Of a DNA stretch of 64,000 bases, positions 26,180-35,564 are shown piece by piece (within the stretch, counting starts at the first letter, position 1; every line of letters starts with the position of its first letter). The DNA lies in assembly GCA_017456985.1 (NCBI GenBank), contig JAFTIH010000027.1, forward strand, positions 1,575 to 65,574, given 5' to 3'. The position numbers and the translations under genes are program-made. The DNA is from Clostridia bacterium (GTDB taxonomy: Bacteria > Bacillota > Clostridia > Oscillospirales > CAG-272). The notes under the pieces were generated by a model, which worked only from the letters and a program-made list of their open reading frames with translations, did no database searches and was not told where the DNA came from.

Positions 26180-29100
26180 CGGTTTTAAAGATCGTATTTA
26201 TCGTCGTATCGCTTTTGCTCCTGTTCTTCCCCCTCTTGCCGCTTCCTATGAAGCTGCGCAAGTTCTCCACCTTCCGCAAGCTGCGCTACGACGCGCCTCA
26301 CAACCGTGTGAACGCGGCGTTTATTCTCTTGACCATCCTTGAATTCGTGGCGATCGCCATCGTTTACAGCGCGATCTTTACGCTGGCGATCAAGATCGCC
26401 TCCGTTCCCTTTATCGCGAGCCTTTTGCAGAAATTCTCGGACACGGTGGCGTTCAACAGCAACGTGCTCTTCCGCGTGCTGCTTCTCAACATCGTCACCC
26501 TTTACGCCTTCCTTATCCTGAAAGCCATCGTCAAGGGCTTCTTGAACGTGCTGTTCGGCTTTACCAAGAAGAAGGCAAAGAAAAAGAAGAAAAAGGAAGC
26601 GGAGGAAGCGACGGCTGACGAAAAGCCCGCAAAGCGGAAAAAGAAGCCCGGCCGCATCTCCTATTTCTTCCGTCCCCGCCGTAAGAAAAAGACGGACGAG
26701 GAGGACGAGGAGCCCTCTGCACAGGACGAAAAGCCGACCGAGCGTGTGGTTACGGCAAAGAACGAGAAGTTCAAGAAGGAACACCCCATTCTTTTCCGTA
26801 TGTATCAGAAATTCTGGGGACTGTTCTTTGAGGGTCCCGATTTCTACCACGCAAAGCGCTTCGTTTCGTCTGCAGTTTCCGCGATCCAGTTCTTTATCTA
26901 TCTGGTCGAGATCCTTTACGCGATCTTGTTCCTCTTGATGCTTCTCGCCGTATTTTTCCCGCTTCCTTCGTTCTTCTACGGCGTGCTCAACTGGATGACG
27001 ATCAAGACCTACATCTATCCCTTCGTGTCGCTTTTGCTGTTGCAGGAGATCTGCAACACCTTCCGCGCACCTTGCAAGGAGATCGAGCCCGTAGAGGAAA
27101 CCTACGAGAAGGAGATCGAAGAGGTCGAACAGCAGAAGAAGATCGCGCTTGACAAGCTGCGCAACGATATTCTTCGCCGCTTTGCCAAGAATCACAGCAT
27201 CCGCTTCTTCCCCGCAACGGATGCGAAGGAAATGTCCGAGTATCACGTGACGAGCAAGGTCTATCAGGACGCCCTCACGTATATCGGCACCTATATGAAA
27301 GAGAACTACGGACGCGTGGTGCAGAGCTATATGAGCGGTCTTGACGCCGTGTTCAACGACCGTCACGTGTATTTCGGCTCCTCCTTCTATTCTCAGCTTG
27401 GCGAATACATCATCACCTATACTTATATCCGCCTGCTTTCGGGACAGAGAATGATCTTTATCGTTTCCGACCGCTCGCAGGTCGTGAAGCTGCAGCAGTA
27501 TATCGGTAACCGCCTGACGGATATCACGGGCGTGACGCGCGAGGAGACCTGGCGCGTTTACAGTGCCGACTCGCATCACGTCAACGAAGCGGACGTTCTC
27601 GTGGGTGTTCCCGAGGACTTTGCGACGGATAACCTGGTTGAAAACTACCCCGCCTTCTTCGAAGAGGTGTGCAACGCCGTCTTCGTGGATGCGGACAGCA
27701 TTTTGAATCTCAACAGCTACCTTTGCACCATTATGGCGTGCCGCCTGCTTTCGGCGACCGAGCAAAAGATCCGTTTCCTTTTCCTCTCGCGCGACGTCCT
27801 GCAGGGCTTCTCCGCGTCCTTGCGCAAGTTCTTCTGCATCGACGAGGAGATCGTGGACTGCAACAGCGCCGAGGAAAACGAAAACGTTTCCTATATGCTT
27901 TGGAACCGTGAGTGCAACTCGCTTTACAACAAGAACGGACAGAGCGAGACCACGATCGAGTGCCTCGTCGCGGAAGCGGCTTACAGCGCGGACGTGGACG
28001 GCATCCGTATTCTGACGAGCGTACCCCTTAAGCCTGCCGAGAAGCAGAACTTCCTAGCACACGACGTGGAGATCAACGAGTTCCATAAGAAGGTGCCGCG
28101 CGTCAACTATATGATCTGCACCGATGACCGCTGCAACCTTGCCGCCGCCATCTATGCGTACACGCGTTTCCACGGCAGAGAAGCCTCGATCGTGCATATT
28201 CTCAGCCGTCCCTATCTGCTTCGCGAATACTTCGGCGACCGCGTTGAGCTGTACGTCAATCGCTCCGATCTGATCAAGCCCCGCGCGACCGAGCACGCAG
28301 ACACCAAGAAGCTGCTCCTTCTGCGCCTCGTTTGCGAAGCCACCTCAAGCCCGAGCGGCATTCCGCTCTCCGTCTTCACCGAGAAGGTGGATGCCATTAT
28401 GACGGAGCGTGGCTGTGCGCCCGCCTTCGACCTTTCCGCCCGCGTCGCTTACGTGCTCAGCGAGCTGATGAGCGACTCCACTCTCATCGAGAAGACGGAA
28501 GAGGAAAAGAGCGACGGAACGCTTACCTACTATACCAAGGCGAAGAAGCCCGTTTATACCTACTTTATCGTGCTCCAGCCCGAGCGTAAGGACGGCTACA
28601 CGTTGAAGAACGAAAACGGCATCACCTTCCTTTGCCTTGAACGCATCTTTGATAAGCTTCTTGCCAACAACCGCCGCGTGGAGCTCGTTCTGCACGGCTC
28701 GGTGATCGGCACGCTGGAAACCTTCCCCGAGCGCGTTTATCAGCAGTACGTTCCCGGTCAATACATCATTTTTGACAACCACGAGTATGAAATTGAGAAG
28801 ATCTCGGATGACCGTACCGTCATTTATTTAAGACAGGAGAACATCACCAACAACTCTTGTCTTGATACGGCATTCCTTCGCCATTACGAGGTGCGCCGCC
28901 GTCACGACGACGAGCATTTCCTGCACGGCGAAAAGGAATACAGCGCAGGACAGCTTTTGAAGATCGAAACGGTCGTACAAAACGCAAGCATCCTGGGCGA
29001 GACGTACGGTACGTACCGACTGATGGCAGACAGCCAGACGCTCAACTTCAAGGATCTTGTGGGCGGTAACTTCCGCCTTGCGGACAGCGTCATCAAGAAG

Positions 29101-31647
29101 CAGGCAAGAAAGTTAGACAACGGACGCGTCTTGACCGTCCGCCTGACGGCAAACGAGCCCTGCGACGACGGCGTCAGGCGCCTGCTTGCCGCTGTGCTCA
29201 ACGAATTTCTGCGCACGATGTTCCCCGAGACCTACCGTTGCGTTGCGGTCTGTCCCGTGCTCCGCACGCCCCTTTCCAAGGAAAAGGGTGAGGCGGCTAC
29301 CGACTTTAACAGCCGCGTGGAATCCTTGTATCCTTATCTGCTTTGCTGTGAGGATGAAGACGGCGCTTCGGGTACCAAGGACAACGTCTGCGAATTTCTG
29401 ATCATCAACGACGCGCACGAGGACGTGGGTATCCTCGACCGTCTGTACGACGGCAGTGCGCGCATTATGGAGGAGATCTTCTCCTACATTTACGACTACC
29501 TTATCTGGCTCAAATCCAAGCCCACGCTTCCCGAGGGGGATGCGCACTACATCTACTTCGGTAGCGACACGCTTCCCGAGGTTTATGCACTGGATGAGAG
29601 CATCGCGCTCCTTGCCAACTGTGCAAGAGAGTTCGGTGTGCTGGAGGACGAGGAAGAGGTCGAAAAGCCCACGCACTGCTCCTTCTGTAAGAAGCCGCTC
29701 GTGACGGGTCGCTACGCGATCTACGACGAGAACCGCTACATCTGCTTTGACTGTCAGGTGGAAAGCATCAGCGATGAGGACGCTTTGGAAAAGACGGTGA
29801 GCGCAGTGGAAGCCTATTGGAAGGAAGCCTTCCCGCTCGTACCCCTTCCCGAGGGTGTCAGCTTTGATCTTGCCGATCCCTTCTCGCTGGAGGAAGGACA
29901 GGATCAGACGGAGTACTTCTACCGTCTGCATTATGAGGACAGACGCGTCGATATTGAATGCGACCTTCCCGAGAAGAGCGTATTCGCCGCCGTTTTGCGT
30001 GCGTATATGGCAGTTTACCATCGCGACGGCAATATCGTGACCCCTGCGGCAGAGGCACAGCTTTACTTTGAGGAGCTGCGTTATCTTGACACCGTCGGCG
30101 CCGCAGAGCGCGCCGCCTACGTGCGTGAGCAGATCCCCGATTGGATGGCTCCTATCCTTGACGAGATGAAGGCGTACGTCGGTGACGGCGCAGAGGGTAA
30201 GACCTCCTTTGACTACGTAGCGGAGAATTCCGTTCCCGAGGAGCCCGAGGAAATCGTTCCTACGCCGGGCGACGACGAAAACGGCACCGACAACTCGGAT
30301 GCTCTGTACGATCCCGACCGTGTACCGCGCTTCTGGAAGCGCTATTTGCGCGGCAAGCAAGCCAGCGATGACGACACAGATGAGGACGCTCTGCCCGCAG
30401 ATGCCGAGGACGGCGATGCGGCAGACGAGGGCGCCGAGGACGTGGCAGAAACGGGTGCCGAGGATGCGGGTGCAAAGCCCAAGAAGAAGGGCAAGCTCTC
30501 CAAGCTCAAAACGGGTGAGGAGCTCATCCCCTACGAGGCAGAGGAAAAGACCAACCCCGAGATCCGTCTTTACAACCGTTTTGCCCGCGCGATCGCCGAT
30601 TTCAGCGATCAGCCCATCCCTTGTGAGGGTATGTCGCTTGCGACGGTCAACAAGATCTACTACCTCGTGCTTTACGATTATCCCGAGTTCTTTTGGGTGG
30701 AGAACGGTTATCGCTACAACCACGACGGCAAGGGTCACGTCAATAGCCTCTTGCTTTCCTTCCGTTGCCTTGGCAGTGACGGCAAGATCGACATTGCCCG
30801 TGTGCAGAAGTACAGACGCGAGCTGCGTGCCAGCGTGAAATTCTTCACCAAGGGCATCACGCGCAAGACGAGCCCCTACGACGCACTGCTTACCATCTAC
30901 CGTCGCCTGATCCTCAACCTCGACTACGACGGTGTGGGACTTGATGGCGGTGCAGGCAGAAGCGTGCGCGACGAGGATACGCTCCGTTCGCTTCACAGCG
31001 CTCTCGTAGAGCGCAAGGTCGTTTGCCAGGGCTACGCCGTGGCGATGCAGTACCTGTTGCAATCGGTTGGTATTTGTTGCGGTCAGGTCGTCAGCCAGAC
31101 GCACTCTTGGAACGTCGTTAAGATCGACAAGCAGTGCTACTTCCTGGATGCAACCTGGGGCGACAACTCCAACACCAAGACGGGTGAGGATTATAAGAAC
31201 GTCGTTGGCTATGAATACTTCTGCGTTCCCGCCAAGGAAAACCTGCTTGGCGAAAAGGCAGAGGTTCGTATGCCCGACCCCAATATCTTCGTGGGACTTG
31301 AGGAGTTCCGCGCAACGAAGCACGAATATGCGCGTTTCCACGGCGGCTACCTGACCTCGTACGACGTGGACCAGATCGCCGCGGCATTCGCCAAGGCGGC
31401 GACCGCCCGTCCCTTCGAGAAGGAGCGACCCAGCGTGATGTTCCGTTGCCGCGACGTTGCTGTGTTCCGTATGGTTCAGGATTATCTGTTCAAGGGACGC
31501 GGCTGGCAGACGGCAATGCAAAAGGCGCAAGCCATCGTTGCCGAGGACGGCAAGAACAAGCGTGCGCAAAAGCTGCTTTCGGGCGGTATCTCCTGGTGGT
31601 ACAGCGAAAAGCATCTGACGCTGACCATCTTCTTCACGGAAGAATAA
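26176..31647 (+). CDS. 1823 aa polytopic membrane protein with a zinc ribbon and a C-terminal transglutaminase-like (Cys-His-Asp) domain
   Basis: ATGA overlap with the upstream gene. At least 5 N-terminal hydrophobic helices split by a poly-K/E linker (KKKAKKKKKKEAEE). HCSFCKK...ICFDCQ zinc ribbon at nt 29672-29757. Acidic disordered stretch. Core VCQGYAVAMQYLL (Cys codon 31024-31026), THSWNVV (His 31102-31104) and FLDATWGD (Asp 31147-31149). Confidence 0.75.
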   Translation: MTVLKIVFIVVSLLLLFFPLLPLPMKLRKFSTFRKLRYDAPHNRVNAAFILLTILEFVAIAIVYSAIFTLAIKIASVPFIASLLQKFSDTVAFNSNVLFRVLLLNIVTLYAFLILKAIVKGFLNVLFGFTKKKAKKKKKKEAEEATADEKPAKRKKKPGRISYFFRPRRKKKTDEEDEEPSAQDEKPTERVVTAKNEKFKKEHPILFRMYQKFWGLFFEGPDFYHAKRFVSSAVSAIQFFIYLVEILYAILFLLMLLAVFFPLPSFFYGVLNWMTIKTYIYPFVSLLLLQEICNTFRAPCKEIEPVEETYEKEIEEVEQQKKIALDKLRNDILRRFAKNHSIRFFPATDAKEMSEYHVTSKVYQDALTYIGTYMKENYGRVVQSYMSGLDAVFNDRHVYFGSSFYSQLGEYIITYTYIRLLSGQRMIFIVSDRSQVVKLQQYIGNRLTDITGVTREETWRVYSADSHHVNEADVLVGVPEDFATDNLVENYPAFFEEVCNAVFVDADSILNLNSYLCTIMACRLLSATEQKIRFLFLSRDVLQGFSASLRKFFCIDEEIVDCNSAEENENVSYMLWNRECNSLYNKNGQSETTIECLVAEAAYSADVDGIRILTSVPLKPAEKQNFLAHDVEINEFHKKVPRVNYMICTDDRCNLAAAIYAYTRFHGREASIVHILSRPYLLREYFGDRVELYVNRSDLIKPRATEHADTKKLLLLRLVCEATSSPSGIPLSVFTEKVDAIMTERGCAPAFDLSARVAYVLSELMSDSTLIEKTEEEKSDGTLTYYTKAKKPVYTYFIVLQPERKDGYTLKNENGITFLCLERIFDKLLANNRRVELVLHGSVIGTLETFPERVYQQYVPGQYIIFDNHEYEIEKISDDRTVIYLRQENITNNSCLDTAFLRHYEVRRRHDDEHFLHGEKEYSAGQLLKIETVVQNASILGETYGTYRLMADSQTLNFKDLVGGNFRLADSVIKKQARKLDNGRVLTVRLTANEPCDDGVRRLLAAVLNEFLRTMFPETYRCVAVCPVLRTPLSKEKGEAATDFNSRVESLYPYLLCCEDEDGASGTKDNVCEFLIINDAHEDVGILDRLYDGSARIMEEIFSYIYDYLIWLKSKPTLPEGDAHYIYFGSDTLPEVYALDESIALLANCAREFGVLEDEEEVEKPTHCSFCKKPLVTGRYAIYDENRYICFDCQVESISDEDALEKTVSAVEAYWKEAFPLVPLPEGVSFDLADPFSLEEGQDQTEYFYRLHYEDRRVDIECDLPEKSVFAAVLRAYMAVYHRDGNIVTPAAEAQLYFEELRYLDTVGAAERAAYVREQIPDWMAPILDEMKAYVGDGAEGKTSFDYVAENSVPEEPEEIVPTPGDDENGTDNSDALYDPDRVPRFWKRYLRGKQASDDDTDEDALPADAEDGDAADEGAEDVAETGAEDAGAKPKKKGKLSKLKTGEELIPYEAEEKTNPEIRLYNRFARAIADFSDQPIPCEGMSLATVNKIYYLVLYDYPEFFWVENGYRYNHDGKGHVNSLLLSFRCLGSDGKIDIARVQKYRRELRASVKFFTKGITRKTSPYDALLTIYRRLILNLDYDGVGLDGGAGRSVRDEDTLRSLHSALVERKVVCQGYAVAMQYLLQSVGICCGQVVSQTHSWNVVKIDKQCYFLDATWGDNSNTKTGEDYKNVVGYEYFCVPAKENLLGEKAEVRMPDPNIFVGLEEFRATKHEYARFHGGYLTSYDVDQIAAAFAKAATARPFEKERPSVMFRCRDVAVFRMVQDYLFKGRGWQTAMQKAQAIVAEDGKNKRAQKLLSGGISWWYSEKHLTLTIFFTEE

Positions 31648-31662
31648 CGCCTAAAATAAAAG

Positions 31663-31693
31663 AAAATGCCATCCCGCGAGGGATGGCATTTTT
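31663..31693. terminator. Bidirectional intrinsic terminator between convergent operons
   Basis: Stem AATGCCATCCC / GGGATGGCATT with a GCGA loop, flanked by an A-run and a T-run. Confidence 0.85.
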
Positions 31694-31701
31694 GATGCTC
31701 T

Positions 31702-34296
31702 TTATGAGAGCGTCTTTAAGGGAATGCTCGCGGGCAAGCGCGCCTCGGAGCAAACGGTATAGATGATCTGGAAGCGCTCCGCAAGCGTCGCAAGAAGGGC
31801 GCACGCCTTGGCGTAATTGCCGTCGTCCAGATTGATGAACGGGTCGTCGAGAAGCAAGAAGGGCGTCTCGGCGGTAAAGATCGCTTCCATCAGGGAAAGA
31901 CGGGCGCAGAACGCCGCAAGATCGGATTCGCCGCGCGAGAGTGCAGACACGGGGCGGCGCTCGCCGTACCTCTCGACCGAGAGGGCGAGCGAGACATCCA
32001 TCGAAAAGCTTGAGATGCGGGAGCCGTCGCTCGGCAGCTCGGCGTCCGCGCTTTCCGTCAGCTTTTGATAATAACGGTCAAAATGCATCTCCATATCCCG
32101 CAAATAGCGCGTGGCAAGGTCATCCTTGGCTTCCTTTAAGGTGGATTTCGTCAAAAGGATGAGGGAAAGCGTGTGCTCGGCGTTTTCCTTATCCCGCTCA
32201 AGCGCCTCGCGCTGGGCAAGTAGGGTGGGAATCGTCGCGGCGATCTCCTCTTGACGCGCCCCGTCGCTCTTTTTGACGGAAAGCGCCGCCTCCGTTTCAC
32301 GCAAAGCCGCCTCCGTTTGCCGCTCCTCTTCGAGAATCAGGTGGATCTCCCCGAGATACGGCGGGGGCGAGGCTTCGGGATCAAAGTGCGTCGTGCTGAG
32401 GAATTCGTCCACGCGTCCGCGCGCGCCGTTGTAGCTTTGCAGCCTCTGACGGCAAAGCAGGACGTTTTGCTTGATCTGATCCAGCGCCGCACGCGGTGTG
32501 AGCGCGGCAAGCGCGGGGAAGTGAGAAAGGAAGAGCGAGAGCTGGGTGGAAAGACGCTCTTGCTCCGCGCAAAGCCGTTTTTTCTGCGCGGCGCACGCGG
32601 CATCCTTTTGGGTAAGATGGGCGTAAAGCGAAAGTTCGGCTTCGATTTTTTGTAATGCGGCGTCGGGGTCCTCGGTGCCCTCGGGAAGCAGGGCAAACAG
32701 AACGGCGCGCCCCTGTGCCTCCTCCGTCGCCAGTGCGGCTATGTCCTCGGAAAGCGCGGCAAGCTCCCCTCTGACACTCTCATACCGTGTAAGATCGTCA
32801 AGGAAGCGGGACGCCGCAAGCAAGGCGTTTTTATCGGTATAGCCGAAGGGGGATAGCAAATAAAGCAGTCGGTCTGCTTGTACGTGATATTCATCGGGTA
32901 AGCGGCTTTTTTGCGTGCGCGTCTTAAAGAGTGCGAAGAGCAAGAGCACGAGCGCACCCGCGCACAGAGCAAAGCCGCAGACGGCGAGCGGGACGACGGA
33001 AAGCGCAACGCCAAGCACGCCCAAAACGGCAAAGAGCACCGCGCTTGCGCACGAGAAGATGGGCAACATCTTGCCCCTCTTCGGTGTGCCCGCGTAGAGC
33101 GCCGCCTGCGCTTCTTCGGTCGCCTCCTTGGCGGCACGGATGGCAAGCAGCTCAGCTTCCGTGGGATAACGCGCACAAAGGCGGGAAGCGGCGGCTTCCT
33201 CTTTGGCTTCCTTCTTGGCGAGAAGTGCGGCAAGCGCGTCCTTTTTCTTATGCCAGTGGGCGTGTGAAGCGCGCAGCTTTTCTAAAAACGCACCGCTGCC
33301 CCCCTGCACGCCGTAGCGCAAGGAAAGGGAAGAGAGCGACGTTTTTTCCTCTTCGCTCAGCGCGGCACCGTCGATCTGTACCGCAAGCGTGTTAAGCTCG
33401 GACACGGCGGTATCCGCCGAAAGAAGCTCCTCGTCGGTAGGGAAGTGGGGGGCGAAAAATTCTTCTAACGGCGCAAGTGCCGTCTTTTCCGCGTCACGCG
33501 CCTCGCAAAGCGAGCGGTAGTGGGCGCTTTGCTCCTCCCAGCGGCGGCGTTTTTCCGCCTCGGTGCGCTTGACCTTTACCGCCTCTAATTGCTCGGTAAG
33601 TTCAACTTTTTTTGCTTCGAGCGCGGCGCATTCCGCACGCAGTACGGCGGCGCGCTCTTCCGCTGCTTTGGCGGCGGCGATCTCGTTTGCCTTTTCGCGT
33701 GCGTCGTCCGCAAGCTCTGCGATCAGACCGCGACCGCCTTGCACGCTGTAAAAGCGCCGTGCATCGTCAAGCAGCTTGTCCGCCCGCTCAAAGTTTCCGA
33801 GGTCGTCGGACGCATCGAGAAGGGTGCCAAGGCGCGTGCGGATGCTGTTGTTGTCGGGGGGCGCAAAGGGAAGACGCTGGGAGATATAAAGGCTTCGCTC
33901 AAACCCCTCGGCATCCACGCCGAACAGCTCGACGCCCACGTTCTCCGTGTAACGGTCGGAAAGGTTTCCCGTTGCTAGATGGTAGAGTGCAAAGCGGTCC
34001 TCCTTTTCCTTCTCTCCGAAAAAGCGTTCGAGGCGGTAGCCCTCGCCCTCTGCCTCAAAGCAAAGCGAGCCACCGAAGGAGCCGCCCTGCCAGGGCATAT
34101 AGCGCCGCCTTTCGCTTTCCTGCAAGGCGCGCTTGTTGATGGGGGGAAGCCCGTAGAGCATCGCTTTGAGAAAAACGGCAAAGGTGCTTTTGCCCTGTCC
34201 GTTTGCGGCGTATAAAAGATTTAATCCCTCGTCAAAACGGAAGGTAACGTCCGAAAGACAACCAAAGTTTACAATATGGCAGTGTAAGAGCTTCAT
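31702..34296 (-). CDS. SMC/SbcC-like AAA ATPase (YhaN-like) with coiled coils and a central hydrophobic segment
   Basis: N-terminal Walker A NGQGKST in MKLLHCHIVNFGCL... Long Ala/Glu/Leu-rich coiled coils. Central TM-like stretch LPIFSCASAVLFAVLGVLGVALSVVPLAVCGFALCAGALVLLLFALF. C-terminal Walker B FLLLDDPFINLD. Confidence 0.75.
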   Translation of the reverse strand: MKLLHCHIVNFGCLSDVTFRFDEGLNLLYAANGQGKSTFAVFLKAMLYGLPPINKRALQESERRRYMPWQGGSFGGSLCFEAEGEGYRLERFFGEKEKEDRFALYHLATGNLSDRYTENVGVELFGVDAEGFERSLYISQRLPFAPPDNNSIRTRLGTLLDASDDLGNFERADKLLDDARRFYSVQGGRGLIAELADDAREKANEIAAAKAAEERAAVLRAECAALEAKKVELTEQLEAVKVKRTEAEKRRRWEEQSAHYRSLCEARDAEKTALAPLEEFFAPHFPTDEELLSADTAVSELNTLAVQIDGAALSEEEKTSLSSLSLRYGVQGGSGAFLEKLRASHAHWHKKKDALAALLAKKEAKEEAAASRLCARYPTEAELLAIRAAKEATEEAQAALYAGTPKRGKMLPIFSCASAVLFAVLGVLGVALSVVPLAVCGFALCAGALVLLLFALFKTRTQKSRLPDEYHVQADRLLYLLSPFGYTDKNALLAASRFLDDLTRYESVRGELAALSEDIAALATEEAQGRAVLFALLPEGTEDPDAALQKIEAELSLYAHLTQKDAACAAQKKRLCAEQERLSTQLSLFLSHFPALAALTPRAALDQIKQNVLLCRQRLQSYNGARGRVDEFLSTTHFDPEASPPPYLGEIHLILEEERQTEAALRETEAALSVKKSDGARQEEIAATIPTLLAQREALERDKENAEHTLSLILLTKSTLKEAKDDLATRYLRDMEMHFDRYYQKLTESADAELPSDGSRISSFSMDVSLALSVERYGERRPVSALSRGESDLAAFCARLSLMEAIFTAETPFLLLDDPFINLDDGNYAKACALLATLAERFQIIYTVCSEARLPASIPLKTLS

Positions 34297-35396
34297 CGGC
34301 GTCCCCCCTCACGGCTTTCATAAATCACTTCCTCGGGCATCTCGCCCTCGAGCGCACGCAGTCCGAAGGTTAACACCCTTTGCTTGTCCTCCTCGGAAAG
34401 CGCCTCGTTTTGCATCACGCGGCGCACGAACTCGCCGCGCAGGGAAACGTCGTTTTCGTAGCCCTCGGGGCGCAGGCGCAAGCGCGTGGCATCCTTGAGC
34501 TTAGAGAAAAAGAACTTGCCATCGAGCAAAAGTCGGATCTGCTCGGGCTGCTTGAGATGAACGTCCTCGATCTCGCCCACGAGTGTGAGCGTGACCATAT
34601 CCTCTTTACGGATCTCTGCAATTGCCTCGCGCACGCGGCGCTCGATCTCGTTTAAGGTCTCGGCACCGCTCACGTCAACGCGCACGTCGTGGATCAGGCG
34701 CCTTGCGGTCGGAACGAAGGAGGCGCACAGCGTGTCGCTGTCAAAAAGGATAACGCCGCATTTTCCCGTTTCGTCAAAGCCGCGTCCCTCGGGCGTTCCT
34801 GCATAGCAGGCAAGCCCGCCGTCCTCAAGGCGCATCGGCGTATAGCTGTGGAAGTGTCCGAGTGCCAAATAATCCACGGGCTTTCCGCGAAAGAGTGCGT
34901 GCGGAATGATCTCCTCGCGCGTGTCGGAGCGGGAGGTGGAGAGCGTACCGTGCAAAAGGAAAATATTCTTTTTTTCTTTTTGGGGTGTGAACGCCTCGAT
35001 CACGCTCCCGGGCGTCGCATAGCCTGCGGCGTAAACGCAAACGTCCCCAAAGCGAAAGACCTCCGCCGTTCCTTTCGGGATGCGGTGAAGATTGTCGGGA
35101 AGCTCGTAGGCGGCAAGCGCGCCCGCGTCGTGATTGCCTTCAATATATAAGAATGTCATATCGGCGTGCGATGCGATGCAGTCGAGCACGTAGCGCACCG
35201 CGCTTGCCGAGGGGACCTCGGTATCAAAAAGATCCCCCGCGATGAGCACAAGAGAAACGCCCTCGCTTCGCGCGCCTTCCATCACGTCGGAGAAGGTCAG
35301 AAGAAGCTCGCGCCGCCTGCTTTTTGCGGTGCGGGCGGGCAGATGGCTCTCCATCGCGGAATCGAGGTGGCAGTCTGCAATATGTAAGATTTTCAA
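34293..35396 (-). CDS. SbcD/Mre11-like metallophosphoesterase nuclease (YhaO-like)
   Basis: LKILHIADCHLD, GDLFD and GNHD motifs. I prefer the TTG start at 35396 with SD AAGAGGTGA over the longer track ORF. 4-nt overlap with the downstream ATPase gene. Confidence 0.75.
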   Translation of the reverse strand: MKILHIADCHLDSAMESHLPARTAKSRRRELLLTFSDVMEGARSEGVSLVLIAGDLFDTEVPSASAVRYVLDCIASHADMTFLYIEGNHDAGALAAYELPDNLHRIPKGTAEVFRFGDVCVYAAGYATPGSVIEAFTPQKEKKNIFLLHGTLSTSRSDTREEIIPHALFRGKPVDYLALGHFHSYTPMRLEDGGLACYAGTPEGRGFDETGKCGVILFDSDTLCASFVPTARRLIHDVRVDVSGAETLNEIERRVREAIAEIRKEDMVTLTLVGEIEDVHLKQPEQIRLLLDGKFFFSKLKDATRLRLRPEGYENDVSLRGEFVRRVMQNEALSEEDKQRVLTFGLRALEGEMPEEVIYESREGGRR

Positions 35397-35564
35397 GAGA
35401 TCACCTCTTTCTTGTGTGTCGTGGGATTGACTTTTGGGGAAAAGACTGGTATAATCATAGAAGAGCGCCCTCTTTTCCACCACCTTCTATTATACCAAAA
35501 ATCAGAAGTGGGGTCAAGTGGCGCACCGAAAAAAGATGCAATTTGTGAAAGGCAGGAAACGTAT

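Noticed and set aside
31702-35396. Including the SbcC/SbcD-like genes as part of the vWA/tubulin-like system.
   Set aside because: They are on the opposite strand, convergent, and separated by a strong bidirectional terminator. They form a familiar self-contained pair.
35412-35564. N-terminal extension of the cyclophilin ORF. Similar long track starts occur at 3208, 36068, 46966, 48736, 57600, 58084, 59533, 59835, 62757 and 63386.
   Set aside because: The extensions overlap terminators, upstream genes or intergenic DNA and lack SD sequences. Internal starts with good SD sequences match family N-termini.
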